IMG/VR virus record: IMGVR_UViG_2541047728_000005
Direction: 5' to 3' (one strand)
Source: a virus
Taxonomy: Duplodnaviria > Heunggongvirae > Uroviricota > Caudoviricetes
DNA: 47,804 nt
Part shown: in pieces, positions 19,580-28,426 of the stretch
How positions within the stretch are numbered: position 1 is the stretch's first letter
How the letters are laid out: every line of letters begins with the position of its first letter
The notes under the pieces: model-generated
Database searches by the model: none
Told to the model about the DNA's origin: nothing
Seen by the model: only the letters and a program-made list of their open reading frames with translations
Translations under genes and position numbers: made by a program

Positions 19580-20959
19580 CTACTTAATCAACGGCCGGAA
19601 AGCCGCCAGCACATCATCAGATCGTCCGATTGTTGAACCACCAGGCAACGGCAACTCAAACTCAAAACGAACAGCTTTCTCCAGACTCGCCCAACTAAGG
19701 GAATCATCGTTAATGACGTGCAAATACCAGCTCTTACAGTTGAATATTGACCGCTTAATCCTGAAACCATGTACACGACACAACTGCTTCACTTCCTCAT
19801 CAGAGTGAAACTTCTGGTAAAACCAGTGCCCCTTCCGGTACAACGCGGTAAAACCGTCATGATCAATAAAATAAAGCCGGCTTTTGGAACTCGCCGCTTG
19901 TGTTTGCTTCAGGACTGTTTCCAGTTCTCCACGGCTACGGCCAGAAAAGAATATTGACCCACCAGCTTTACACAGGCCTTTCAGAACCGTCAGAACGGAC
20001 CATTCAGCCTCGACACTATCGACCGAGTTCAAAACGCTATCGCAAATCACGTAGTCGTAACGCCCTCGCGTTTTTAAGTCGTCCACCAGCGTATCAATCA
20101 TCCGGTTTGTTGCGGCCCTATCCAGAGTGTTTCCAGCGCCCTTACGGCGGAAAAGCTCGAGATCATGCAGGTTATATCCCTTTGCCCTGAGCATTCGCGC
20201 GTAGTCTCCCTGCCCCGAACCAAAATCAATTCCTCTTGGCGTCTTGGCAATGATCGGGAGGATCAACGACTCATACAGATTTGATTTCAGGCTGCCACCA
20301 TTACGCAACCGCATAAGCTGCGCATACGTCTGGATGTATGTTGTTTTCTCCAGATGAGAATACTCAAATACACCATAAGTTTTATTCAGATAACTTTGGT
20401 ATTTTTCCTTCTCAACATCAGGGATCACAAACACCGTTAGCGGTGTGCGCGTCATTTTCGCTGCTAATGCATACTGAGCACAGTGAATAACCTCACCAGA
20501 CTGAGTAGCAACACAACCACCCCACGGACCATACTTGATAACCAGTTCCGCTATGTTCTTTCGAACATATGCCATTTTCGCGCGCATATTGCCTGAGATC
20601 TGGCTTGCCGATACCTGAACAAAACCATGCTTATCTTCCAGACCGGACACCCTGCAACGCTCATCTCCGCTATCAAAATCCGTTCCGTTATGCAGTTGGT
20701 TAAACCGTACTTCGTCGTATACCGTCGTTTCACAGGGCAACACATACACCGCAGCACGCGTTATTCCCAACTTACGTAGCGCCTTCGTCCTTTGGTGTCC
20801 CGCCACCAGCAAATCGCCGCGCACTATCAATGGCTTCACAAGCCCCAGCTCCCTGACGCTTTCCGCCAGCCTCGCAAGATCATCCTCACCGATAAAACGC
20901 GGGTTATATTCCGCGCCGCGTAGGTGCGTTATGTCGTAATTGAGGTGAAGCATCAGCAC
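19580..20959 (-). CDS. ParB-N domain fused to class I SAM-dependent methyltransferase
   Basis: 459 aa; N-terminal LIVRGDLLVAGHQRTKALRKLG (ParB-N) and central IDFGSGQGDYARMLR (SAM-binding motif I); no DPPY/NPPY-type motif seen. Confidence 0.7.
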   Translation of the reverse strand: MLMLHLNYDITHLRGAEYNPRFIGEDDLARLAESVRELGLVKPLIVRGDLLVAGHQRTKALRKLGITRAAVYVLPCETTVYDEVRFNQLHNGTDFDSGDERCRVSGLEDKHGFVQVSASQISGNMRAKMAYVRKNIAELVIKYGPWGGCVATQSGEVIHCAQYALAAKMTRTPLTVFVIPDVEKEKYQSYLNKTYGVFEYSHLEKTTYIQTYAQLMRLRNGGSLKSNLYESLILPIIAKTPRGIDFGSGQGDYARMLRAKGYNLHDLELFRRKGAGNTLDRAATNRMIDTLVDDLKTRGRYDYVICDSVLNSVDSVEAEWSVLTVLKGLCKAGGSIFFSGRSRGELETVLKQTQAASSKSRLYFIDHDGFTALYRKGHWFYQKFHSDEEVKQLCRVHGFRIKRSIFNCKSWYLHVINDDSLSWASLEKAVRFEFELPLPGGSTIGRSDDVLAAFRPLIK

Positions 20960-21576
20960 ACCTCCCCAGCCAGCAATGCGGATACAAATCCGATATAGCT
21001 GCCATTATCATCAACATAACGAGACACCGCGCAGTCAAAACGATCCGCTTCCTCATCCGTTGCCGGGATTTTATGACCTCCAAATGACAGGTACTGAACT
21101 TTTACGCCTGATTTGGCCTCATCCTTCTCAAATGGGATATCCATACCCTCTGTGTCATCGTAGACTGCCGCACTCAATAAGTTATCCAGTTCGCGCTGAG
21201 TAAAACCAATTGAGTCCAGAGCAAAATCATCGGCCGCAAGATCTGCAAGCTCCGCGCTTAACAACTCTTCATCCCAACCAGCATTCAGCGGAATACGGTT
21301 GTCGGCCAGACGATATGCCTTCTTCTGATTCTCCGTTAGCCCAGCCAGAACAATGCAGGGAACATCATCCATCCCCAACTGAGTGGCCGCAGCAATTCGA
21401 CCATGACCAGCAATTACAACGTTGTTCTCGTCTATCAGGATCGGATTAGTCCATCCGTACTCCTGTATGCTGGCAACAATCTGATCTACCTGCTCCACGG
21501 AGTGTGTGCGAGCGTTCTTTTCATAACCAATCAACACAGAAAGTGGTAAAGAAACCACATTAAGATGTTTTGTCAT
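20953..21576 (-). CDS. ParB-like nuclease (ParB N-terminal domain) protein
   Basis: 207 aa; motif ILIDENNVVIAGHGRIAAA; paralog of 17697..18287. Confidence 0.75.
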   Translation of the reverse strand: MTKHLNVVSLPLSVLIGYEKNARTHSVEQVDQIVASIQEYGWTNPILIDENNVVIAGHGRIAAATQLGMDDVPCIVLAGLTENQKKAYRLADNRIPLNAGWDEELLSAELADLAADDFALDSIGFTQRELDNLLSAAVYDDTEGMDIPFEKDEAKSGVKVQYLSFGGHKIPATDEEADRFDCAVSRYVDDNGSYIGFVSALLAGEVC

Positions 21577-21810
21577 GCCGTTTATCCGCTAAAATCCCCT
21601 CGCTTGTGCAAGCAAGTGGGCCTCGGTTTGTATCCACGGCACCCTGTGGGTATGAATGACTGTCGTCAGGTCGCAACTGACGGCGGTCGCCCACCTTCCA
21701 GTAATAAAAAAGCCACCAGCATTAACTCCACAGCGAGCAGGAGTTAATGAGGCAGCTTTGGTTTGCGCATTATCGCAGCCCCTGATTAGCACAAGAGCTG
21801 CTGTAATGCG

Positions 21811-22221
21811 TTACGCAGGGATCAAACAGATGTGGCCGTTATTTACCTCAATACGGGAATATTCCGGCTTACCATCCACGATTCCGGTAATGACAAGTTC
21901 GCCATCAGGCGACCATTCTTCTTTGTCGTCTTCAAGTACCGCGCCTTCTGGCAAATCAATACAGGCAAAAACAGGGCAGCCAGGATGACGTTTATCCTCC
22001 ATCGCAATCAGCATCGACTCACCGAACCACTCTGTGGTAGCACGGCCATCAGCCGCCTGATAGTGAATCAGATACTGGTTTTCGCCATTTGCATACTGAG
22101 CACGGGCTTGAACTTCTCCCCACTCTTCACTGATACGCATTGTTACCAGTTGGGATAATTCAAACTTAAACGGAACAGACTCTGCACCAATGGCAATCGG
22201 TTTATCTTCTTTCTTTTCCAT
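21811..22221 (-). CDS. Hypothetical protein (start placed at internal Met after upstream terminator)
   Basis: Track ORF 21811..22290; terminator hairpin lies inside its N-terminal extension and AGGTGA RBS precedes ATG at 22221. Confidence 0.45.
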   Translation of the reverse strand: MEKKEDKPIAIGAESVPFKFELSQLVTMRISEEWGEVQARAQYANGENQYLIHYQAADGRATTEWFGESMLIAMEDKRHPGCPVFACIDLPEGAVLEDDKEEWSPDGELVITGIVDGKPEYSRIEVNNGHICLIPA

Positions 22222-22232
22222 AACATCACCTG

Positions 22233-22262
22233 AAAATAAAAAGCCCCGCGACACCGCGAGGC
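22233..22262 (-). terminator. Rho-independent terminator (minus strand)
   Basis: Minus-strand hairpin CCTCGCGG-tgt-CGCGGGG followed by CTTTTTATTTT. Confidence 0.6.
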
Positions 22263-22419
22263 TGTAAGAGTTACTTTCGATATAAATCAAGGCGCATTTG
22301 CTCCCGCTTAAGCCGAAAAGCCCTCTGCGCCACTAAGATGCGCCACAGGACACCAGCGATAACCACCAGCGAGATACAAAAACACACGGCCACAACCATC
22401 AGAAAAATGCCAACACCAT

Positions 22420-22632
22420 TCATGAAACTATCCATTCTTCAATGAATATCTCCAGTAATGTCAAGAGATACGCCGTCCCCAGCGCGGTTCCTACCGATAT
22501 AGCTAAGACAAACCTCAAAGATAACGAGGTGTCTTTCGCTTTTCTCCAGACGTAAGCGCCAGCTAGAAATACCAACAAATCTCTTATTGGAAGCGGAAAC
22601 CAGAACAAATCACTCGGCATAAGCACGATCAT
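22420..22632 (-). CDS. Small membrane protein
   Basis: 70-aa ORF with two hydrophobic segments. Confidence 0.4.
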   Translation of the reverse strand: MIVLMPSDLFWFPLPIRDLLVFLAGAYVWRKAKDTSLSLRFVLAISVGTALGTAYLLTLLEIFIEEWIVS

Positions 22633-22909
22633 CTTCCGCTGCTGATTTACATGCCGCAGTTACTGATATATTGATAACCGGTGCGCTAATCGTGATGGAC
22701 GACGCTGTCGGTTGACGCGATATAACTGAACGATGGCTATCAATGAAGTCCACAATCTCATTCAGGCACTCTTTAGCTGCCTCATCGTGACTTTTTCCGT
22801 ATGCTTCATGGAGGACTTTCATCCTCATCATTGCTCCGTCACATATAGTCGAAAGCGCGTAAAGCACATCACTAACCGCCATTTCTTTTTTGGTGCTTGT
22901 CGAAGGCAT
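22610..22909 (-). CDS. Hypothetical protein
   Basis: 99-aa ORF in operon downstream of cassette copy 1. Confidence 0.4.
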   Translation of the reverse strand: MPSTSTKKEMAVSDVLYALSTICDGAMMRMKVLHEAYGKSHDEAAKECLNEIVDFIDSHRSVISRQPTASSITISAPVINISVTAACKSAAEDDRAYAE

Positions 22910-23180
22910 CCCATGTTCTCCTTTGTCTGGATGTAAAAAAGCCCCGGCAATTGCCGAGGCTCGTTGTTCGTTATCGTTACGGTTTAATGCTCGCGTCGTC
23001 CGGCGACAACTTCGGATTTGTATTTCAGGTCGCCCAGCAAGAATTGCAGTTTAAGCATCTTTGCCGCCGTGTAGTTTCCTGATTCCACAACCTCTTTCAT
23101 GAGGTCATAAACGGCCGCAACATCATCAGCCAGGAACTATTTGCGTTGCTGCTCAGTCGCACGTTTGAAGGAAATACGCA

Positions 23181-23450
23181 TCACTCATCATCTCCTGCCG
23201 CACATACAACCTCACAAAAAACATCAGCGGAATGTTTCTTTTTGAATGAATGGCGCTCAAAACCGCACTCAATATCAGGCGCAAAAACATCCACCACATA
23301 CGGTCTTTCAGAATGTTTGTTTTCCCAACGATAAACCGTAGTGACGTTGAAATGTTTTAACGCTTCACGGAACTCAACGCTGCCCGTCAGGTTTTTTGAG
23401 GTCAGGTATTGCAGGAGGTTTTTTACTACTTCACGGTCTTGTACTTTCAT
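23181..23450 (-). CDS. Hypothetical protein, first gene behind conserved promoter-leader cassette copy 1
   Basis: 89-aa ORF; ATG preceded by conserved CCGGAGATAACCCG leader/RBS. Confidence 0.5.
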   Translation of the reverse strand: MKVQDREVVKNLLQYLTSKNLTGSVEFREALKHFNVTTVYRWENKHSERPYVVDVFAPDIECGFERHSFKKKHSADVFCEVVCAAGDDE

Positions 23451-23457
23451 CGGGTTA

Positions 23458-23562
23458 TCTCCGGTTTAACCAGGGCGGGTATCGCTCGGTTTCGGGTATA
23501 ACCATAGGAAATTTTTTCCCACCTGTAAAGCACTTTTTATATAAATATATAATTATATAATT
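23458..23562 (-). promoter_or_regulatory. Conserved promoter-leader cassette, copy 1, with upstream palindromic TATA-rich array
   Basis: ~105 bp near-identical to 30406..30520 and 39875..39985; contains TTTACA-N17-TATGGT on minus strand and TATATAATTATATAA palindrome. Confidence 0.6.
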
Positions 23563-24144
23563 CTATGCCACTTGCCAGAGAGCATCATGCAACTGGATAC
23601 CTCCATTGCACTGGTTGCCCCAGCCATGCCAACCATCAGGTAAATCACCGCGAGCAAACAGCTCAATACGAGGAACATCACCTAACAGCCTTACCAGCTT
23701 GTCACGAACCACATCAGGCTTCCGAGAATGCTCCAGACGAGGCGATGTAAACGACTGAATGATCCCCGCATCAAGGCGGGTCGGCAATTTGCCTTTTACC
23801 GCAAACAAGCAATCTTCACTGTTTGCACGAGTCATATGCCCCATCCCCAGCTTATCTGGTTGTCGGCTACCACATTTGTTCCATGTGAAGCCCTTCATGG
23901 TCATAAGCCTGAATCCCCATGCTTTCACCACCAGCAACGCTTCTTCTGGCTGAGTCGGAACCCACCACATGGCCAACAAACACGATTCAGGATTAGCAAG
24001 CTGCCAGACAGGAATACGAGCAATATCCTCAGCTTTCATCGTTGAATACTTAAAACCAGCTCCACGATTCCCATCCTTACACTTATCTTTGTATTCCCAG
24101 GGGGGATCTGCATAAATCAGATTAAACAATGCAATTGCCTCCAT
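23563..24144 (-). CDS. DNA N6-adenine methyltransferase, MT-A70 family
   Basis: 193 aa with N-terminal catalytic motif IYADPPWEY. Confidence 0.8.
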   Translation of the reverse strand: MEAIALFNLIYADPPWEYKDKCKDGNRGAGFKYSTMKAEDIARIPVWQLANPESCLLAMWWVPTQPEEALLVVKAWGFRLMTMKGFTWNKCGSRQPDKLGMGHMTRANSEDCLFAVKGKLPTRLDAGIIQSFTSPRLEHSRKPDVVRDKLVRLLGDVPRIELFARGDLPDGWHGWGNQCNGGIQLHDALWQVA

Positions 24145-24452
24145 GTTAGTTGTGCCTCCGGCGCTTATCTCCGGCAGTCATAACGCTGGCCAGCTCTACA
24201 GCAGACGCAACGAAAAGGGCACTAACCAGACTGATTAATGCCCTTGCCTGTTGTGTGCCGGATATCGCCCGACAACGCTGTTTTGGTAACACGGCTACAG
24301 TTCCGTGCCGCTCCAGCTTTTACCCCTTTGCGGATAACAGGCCCTGCCTGTAACTTAGCCCCACGTTCGCCCGAAATGCGCACCAGGCACGCATAAAGAT
24401 GAGCACGAAGGAAGTAACTCCACCGCGCTTATCTTTATGTGTGAGAGTGAAT

Positions 24453-24528
24453 TGGTGGCCCCTACCGGATTTGAACCGATGACCGTGCGATTATGAGTCG
24501 CCTGCTCTAACCACTGAGCTAAGGGGCC
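24453..24528 (-). tRNA. tRNA with CAT anticodon, tRNA-Ile2 (lysidine)-like; could alternatively be Met
   Basis: Minus-strand GGCCCCTTAGCTCAGTGGTTAGAGCAGGCGACTCATAATCGC...GGTTCAAATCCGGTAGGGGCCACCA; cloverleaf with 7-bp acceptor stem, encoded CCA; 5' 42 nt match my recollection of E. coli ileX. Confidence 0.85.
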
Positions 24529-24539
24529 ATATTTGATCT

Positions 24540-24621
24540 GTTTGTCTGGTGTGGCGCCGCGCACGAAAATCCCAGCCAATAAATTCAGGATTTTTGGGCG
24601 CGGCGGCATATCAGACAAACA
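24540..24621. repeat. Nested inverted repeats flanking upstream side of tRNA gene
   Basis: gtttgtctg...cagacaaac (9 bp) enclosing gcgccgcgc...gcgcggcg and aaaatcc...ggatttt. Confidence 0.5.
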
Positions 24622-24667
24622 TGGTTGATGCGTGCGCCCATGAGAAAAGCGCATAGAATGTTGTAAC

Positions 24668-24700
24668 TATATATTTATATAATTATAGAAATATATATTA
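24668..24700. promoter_or_regulatory. TATA-rich palindromic repeat array (same family as parA-upstream repeats)
   Basis: tatatatttatataattatagaaatatatatta between spanin genes and tRNA. Confidence 0.45.
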
Positions 24701-24907
24701 CTTGGGGCAGTTGATTTCCCATGCCCTGTTATGAGCCAGAATATCTTTCTTTGTCTGGCGGTCCATAACATCGATATCGTGATCAGTCAGGTAGATGGGC
24801 TTTACCCAATCACAGGCGGTATCAACCACCACCGGGACGCTTCCACGACTCCCGCAGCTCGCGATCAACATCGTCATCAGCCATATGGTTAACACTCTGC
24901 TGTACAT
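24698..24907 (-). CDS. o-spanin (Rz1-like outer membrane lipoprotein)
   Basis: 69-aa ORF with signal peptide and lipobox LIASC; overlaps 3' end of i-spanin gene. Confidence 0.6.
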   Translation of the reverse strand: MYSRVLTIWLMTMLIASCGSRGSVPVVVDTACDWVKPIYLTDHDIDVMDRQTKKDILAHNRAWEINCPK

Positions 24908-25100
24908 TGCCCACCTCTTTTGTCACTTCTATACGCCGCTCCGCAGTGGCTTTTACGGCGGCTGCATTCTCATTTATGCGCTGCTTTTCAGCTTCATCTT
25001 CGGCCTTTTCTCGCCCCTTCATACGACCAAAACCAAACGCGCCGAATGCAACCAATATAATTGTGCCAATAAATGACAAAACGGCCTTCAAACCAGTCAT
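24822..25100 (-). CDS. i-spanin (Rz-like)
   Basis: 92-aa ORF, N-terminal TM helix then charged coiled-coil; directly downstream of endolysin. Confidence 0.6.
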   Translation of the reverse strand: MTGLKAVLSFIGTIILVAFGAFGFGRMKGREKAEDEAEKQRINENAAAVKATAERRIEVTKEVGNVQQSVNHMADDDVDRELRESWKRPGGG

Positions 25101-25639
25101 ACCACCACTCGCTCTTTCATCCAGCCGTAGACAAACGACTCATTCGCCTCGCGCTTCTCCGCCAGCTCCAGATAGCGTTCGCCCTGCGTACAGTTCAGCG
25201 ACGTCAGCATCACCCGTTCGCCGTCTTTTCCCCGATTCCCAAGATAAGCACGCAGCGCATTAATGGTACGTGGACCGATTCGTCCATCTGCATCCAAATC
25301 GGGATACAGCTTCCCACGCAGATTGAACACATTCAGCCAGCGTTGAAGCATTTTGGACGCCACTGTTGGCCCCATATTCACACCGGTATCACACAGCTCT
25401 GCGGCAATATCAGAGGATAATGCGGCCACCTGATCAAAGCGTGGTCCGTACCAGTAATCAGCCTCAAGGATTTCTAGTGCCTGTTCGCGGGTTAAATCGC
25501 GCATATCGCCACGGTATCCATGAGCACGGGCAGTGTTCTGAGTAATGCCCCACTTTGTTGGGCCTCCCTTGTCGTCAGGGTGATCCACATAGCCGCCCTC
25601 TTTTCCAAGAATGCTGTTAAAAATCTCATCTTTGGTCAT
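25097..25639 (-). CDS. Endolysin, GH108 N-acetylmuramidase with peptidoglycan-binding domain
   Basis: 180 aa; motif GGYVDHPDDKGGPTKWGIT characteristic of GH108 family. Confidence 0.8.
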   Translation of the reverse strand: MTKDEIFNSILGKEGGYVDHPDDKGGPTKWGITQNTARAHGYRGDMRDLTREQALEILEADYWYGPRFDQVAALSSDIAAELCDTGVNMGPTVASKMLQRWLNVFNLRGKLYPDLDADGRIGPRTINALRAYLGNRGKDGERVMLTSLNCTQGERYLELAEKREANESFVYGWMKERVVV

Positions 25640-25958
25640 GATTAAATCCTAATGCGTCAACTATCCGCGCCAGATTGCCCCTGAAATACAGAACAACGAT
25701 GCAGATAATCAGATTTCCAATAACCACCAGCCAGTGGGATTCTTGATAAAGACCGAACACATAACGGAAGGGAACATTGGCGTATACAATGACGTAGATA
25801 TAAGCCAGAAAGGAAACAAATGGACGATGCCTGGAGTCTTTCCGTTGATAAAGCATCAGCGCCATTACTATTACTGTGCAAAGCACCGCATTAATCAGTG
25901 CTGACGGGTCACTGCTTACCATTTGAACCCCCTCCACGTAAGCGGGAAAGCATTCCAA
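25626..25958 (-). CDS. Membrane protein in lysis cassette (holin/antiholin-like)
   Basis: 110-aa ORF with three hydrophobic segments between holin and endolysin. Confidence 0.45.
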   Translation of the reverse strand: MECFPAYVEGVQMVSSDPSALINAVLCTVIVMALMLYQRKDSRHRPFVSFLAYIYVIVYANVPFRYVFGLYQESHWLVVIGNLIICIVVLYFRGNLARIVDALGFNHDQR

Positions 25959-26304
25959 AGATGCTACCGAGATCCTGGCTGTTTACGAACGTGAGGATTT
26001 TAATTGTCAATGCAGCCACAATAACCGCACCAAGCGCATCAAGAGGTCGATCGTTGTAGCTGGTCCATTTGGCAAGAAATGAGCCAACTAACGGCGCTCC
26101 AATCACTCCAACAATGAACGATGTAAAGAAATAGCCAATCAGCTTGAGACGGCTAATATTCACCGCTGTAGCAACATAGAAAACAGCGCCAGCAAATGCC
26201 CCGAATACAACGCCGTAATCAATACCAGTTGCAATACCAAAAACGCTGGCACCCATCAGGCCACCAGCAGCAACGGCCGTACCGGAAATTGGTTCTGCTG
26301 ACAT
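25909..26304 (-). CDS. Holin-like multi-pass membrane protein
   Basis: 131-aa Gly/Ala-rich hydrophobic ORF, first gene of lysis cassette, GAGG RBS. Confidence 0.55.
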   Translation of the reverse strand: MSAEPISGTAVAAGGLMGASVFGIATGIDYGVVFGAFAGAVFYVATAVNISRLKLIGYFFTSFIVGVIGAPLVGSFLAKWTSYNDRPLDALGAVIVAALTIKILTFVNSQDLGSIFGMLSRLRGGGSNGKQ

Positions 26305-26317
26305 TGAAATCCTCGTT

Positions 26318-26351
26318 AAAAAAAAAGCCCCGCCGAAAAAGGCAGGGCTTC
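26318..26351 (-). terminator. Strong rho-independent terminator immediately upstream of holin RBS (tR'-like)
   Basis: Minus strand: GCCCTGCC-tttttc-GGCGGGGC followed by nine T. Confidence 0.7.
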
Positions 26352-26690
26352 ATAAAGCAACAAATTACGCGGTAATCGCTTAACGCAGTTTTACTACGTT
26401 AAATGAAACACTACACCCAGTTACCATCTAAAACAAGGTTTTTCCATAAAAAAACCTTCATATCGTGGTTAATCGATCAATAAAAAAACAATGTTCAACT
26501 TTTTACCAACCGAACATCCCGACCAGGACTTCCATAATATTCGCCGATATGCCACTGCTTAAGTTGAGTAATCTTCTCCAACTTAGCTCCCATAGAGTCC
26601 AGTTTCTGCCATGTTTTCGGTTGTATGTGCTTCATTACCCGCTCTGAATATCTGAATACTGCTCGTAATCGCATGGATTCTCACTACAGC

Positions 26691-27098
26691 TTATATATGT
26701 TCACGACTGGACTTCCAGAATATCCACGCCAGATCAACATTCGGGTCCTGGTAATTCATCCCTTCGTTGGCACGAATCAATAATGTTTCATGGTTTTTAT
26801 CACCCGCATGAAACCTGACAAGTGCTTCGAACTTTTCGCGCCCATCATCCGGCACTACCACCGTTGGCGGCGCGGAGAATAGAGGTTTAGGTGATATTTC
26901 CGCACGTTTTGCGTATGCTTCAACTGTGTCAGGGTTAAACAGGATTATGTTTTCACCGCATTCCCACGCTACCGGCTCTGCTTCCAGTGATGCCAGAGCA
27001 ATTTCATAAGCACGGCGCTCAATATTGTCTCGGACGTCCAGGCTGCCTATGCGCTCTTTGATTTCTTTAATCAGTTCTTTGTCGGTTAAAGTGGTCAT
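26691..27098 (-). CDS. Hypothetical protein
   Basis: 135-aa ORF in minus-strand operon. Confidence 0.4.
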   Translation of the reverse strand: MTTLTDKELIKEIKERIGSLDVRDNIERRAYEIALASLEAEPVAWECGENIILFNPDTVEAYAKRAEISPKPLFSAPPTVVVPDDGREKFEALVRFHAGDKNHETLLIRANEGMNYQDPNVDLAWIFWKSSREHI

Positions 27099-27304
27099 TT
27101 GTTAATCCTCAAAACTTTATGCCCGGGCGCAAAAGCACGCGTTTTGTCGGCGCTTATTCGCCACCCATCTTTACGTGCCTCTTTTGCACAGCCAGCCCAT
27201 GACGTACCGATATATTCACCGAAGTCTGGTACTGGATATACACCTTCCGTACACTGGCGGCAGTCACAATAGAGATGCATGGTGTAACTTGCGGCAACAG
27301 CCAT
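27095..27304 (-). CDS. Small Cys-rich hypothetical protein (start at internal Met with AAGGAGA RBS)
   Basis: 69 aa from MAVAASYTMHLYCDCRQC...; strong RBS upstream of ATG at 27304. Confidence 0.4.
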   Translation of the reverse strand: MAVAASYTMHLYCDCRQCTEGVYPVPDFGEYIGTSWAGCAKEARKDGWRISADKTRAFAPGHKVLRINK

Positions 27305-27483
27305 ATCACTCTCCTTTAGTACGCAAGTGGTTTTTCCAGCGGTTTTGCGCCGCGCTGCGCTTATCTTTGACTCCCTCTCTGGCAATTCCAGAAAATGAAA
27401 ACAACACCACACGGCGATTGCTAACTCTCAACCACTGGCTGGGGTAGCAAAGTCTGTATACACGGGAAATAAGCATCTTTGCT

Positions 27484-27771
27484 TTACGGTTTTTCATCGT
27501 TTGCCCCCTGCTTTTCTGCCCTTAACACCATGCGAGAACCATCATCCAGCTCCCAATTGATTTCACCGCCTTCTGCCATGACAAGATGCCAAACGAGTTG
27601 TGCGGCCTCGTTGGTTACATCACGACCGCGATCATTGCCTACACGGCGTTTTGTTCCGTCACCTAAATCGCGCATTTTGGCCAACACGATGGTTTTTGAT
27701 AGCGGTGAAAAACCAAGCTGTAGCCGTGCGGAATTACTCACTGGTTGCCCCCTGAATACGTTTAAACTCAA
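27484..27771 (-). CDS. Hypothetical protein
   Basis: 95-aa ORF. Confidence 0.3.
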   Translation of the reverse strand: MSLNVFRGQPVSNSARLQLGFSPLSKTIVLAKMRDLGDGTKRRVGNDRGRDVTNEAAQLVWHLVMAEGGEINWELDDGSRMVLRAEKQGANDEKP

Positions 27772-28426
27772 TTACCCATACCCACGGGTTAGATAGCCAG
27801 TTCTCTTGCCCGTAAATACCGCGCCAGATATCACCAAAGCCAACGCGATAAACAGCTTCCGGCGGTGTAATCTTGTACGTCGCCGGAGATGCGCCTTCCG
27901 CTTTAGCATCTGCCTCGCTCATGTCATGCAGCCGTTCCACACGCACGTCGGTAATTTCCAGCAAAATACGTGAAGCCCAGCGCGGCATGTGAATTGATGG
28001 ACGCCACCCGCCATCAAACTTTTCATTCACAGTGTGAGGTTTCCAGTCGGCATCATCGGGTATCGACCATAAACCGTAATCACCAGACTTTTGCTCACAA
28101 CTGGCCCGATAAATCCTTGCTGCGTTCTTCTCATCGCCACGACAAAGGTTGTCGTTCCAGTCCACACTGCAACCATCCTCATTGCCTAATATCGCCCACG
28201 CTTCACGGACCCATATGCGATCACCAACGTTACCGAACGGGCATAAACCATGTTCCGGTGCATCCATAACGTGGGTATAGACACCATTGCGTTTCTTTGT
28301 CGGTTTACGGATAACCAGGCAGTTATCGGCCCTGACATTTTTTACAGGTCGGCGAGTCTGCGTCTTCCTTCCTTCGAGGATGGCCCTAACCATATCGTCA
28401 TTAAAAACAACACCACGTTCTTTCAT
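27734..28426 (-). CDS. Hypothetical protein, possible ASCH-like domain
   Basis: 230-aa ORF; N-terminal FNDDMVRAILEGRKTQTRRP pattern. Confidence 0.4.
   Translation of the reverse strand: MKERGVVFNDDMVRAILEGRKTQTRRPVKNVRADNCLVIRKPTKKRNGVYTHVMDAPEHGLCPFGNVGDRIWVREAWAILGNEDGCSVDWNDNLCRGDEKNAARIYRASCEQKSGDYGLWSIPDDADWKPHTVNEKFDGGWRPSIHMPRWASRILLEITDVRVERLHDMSEADAKAEGASPATYKITPPEAVYRVGFGDIWRGIYGQENWLSNPWVWVIEFKRIQGATSE

Noticed and set aside
24355-24654. 99-aa minus-strand ORF overlapping the tRNA
   Set aside because: It spans the tRNA gene and its flanking inverted repeats; coding is implausible.
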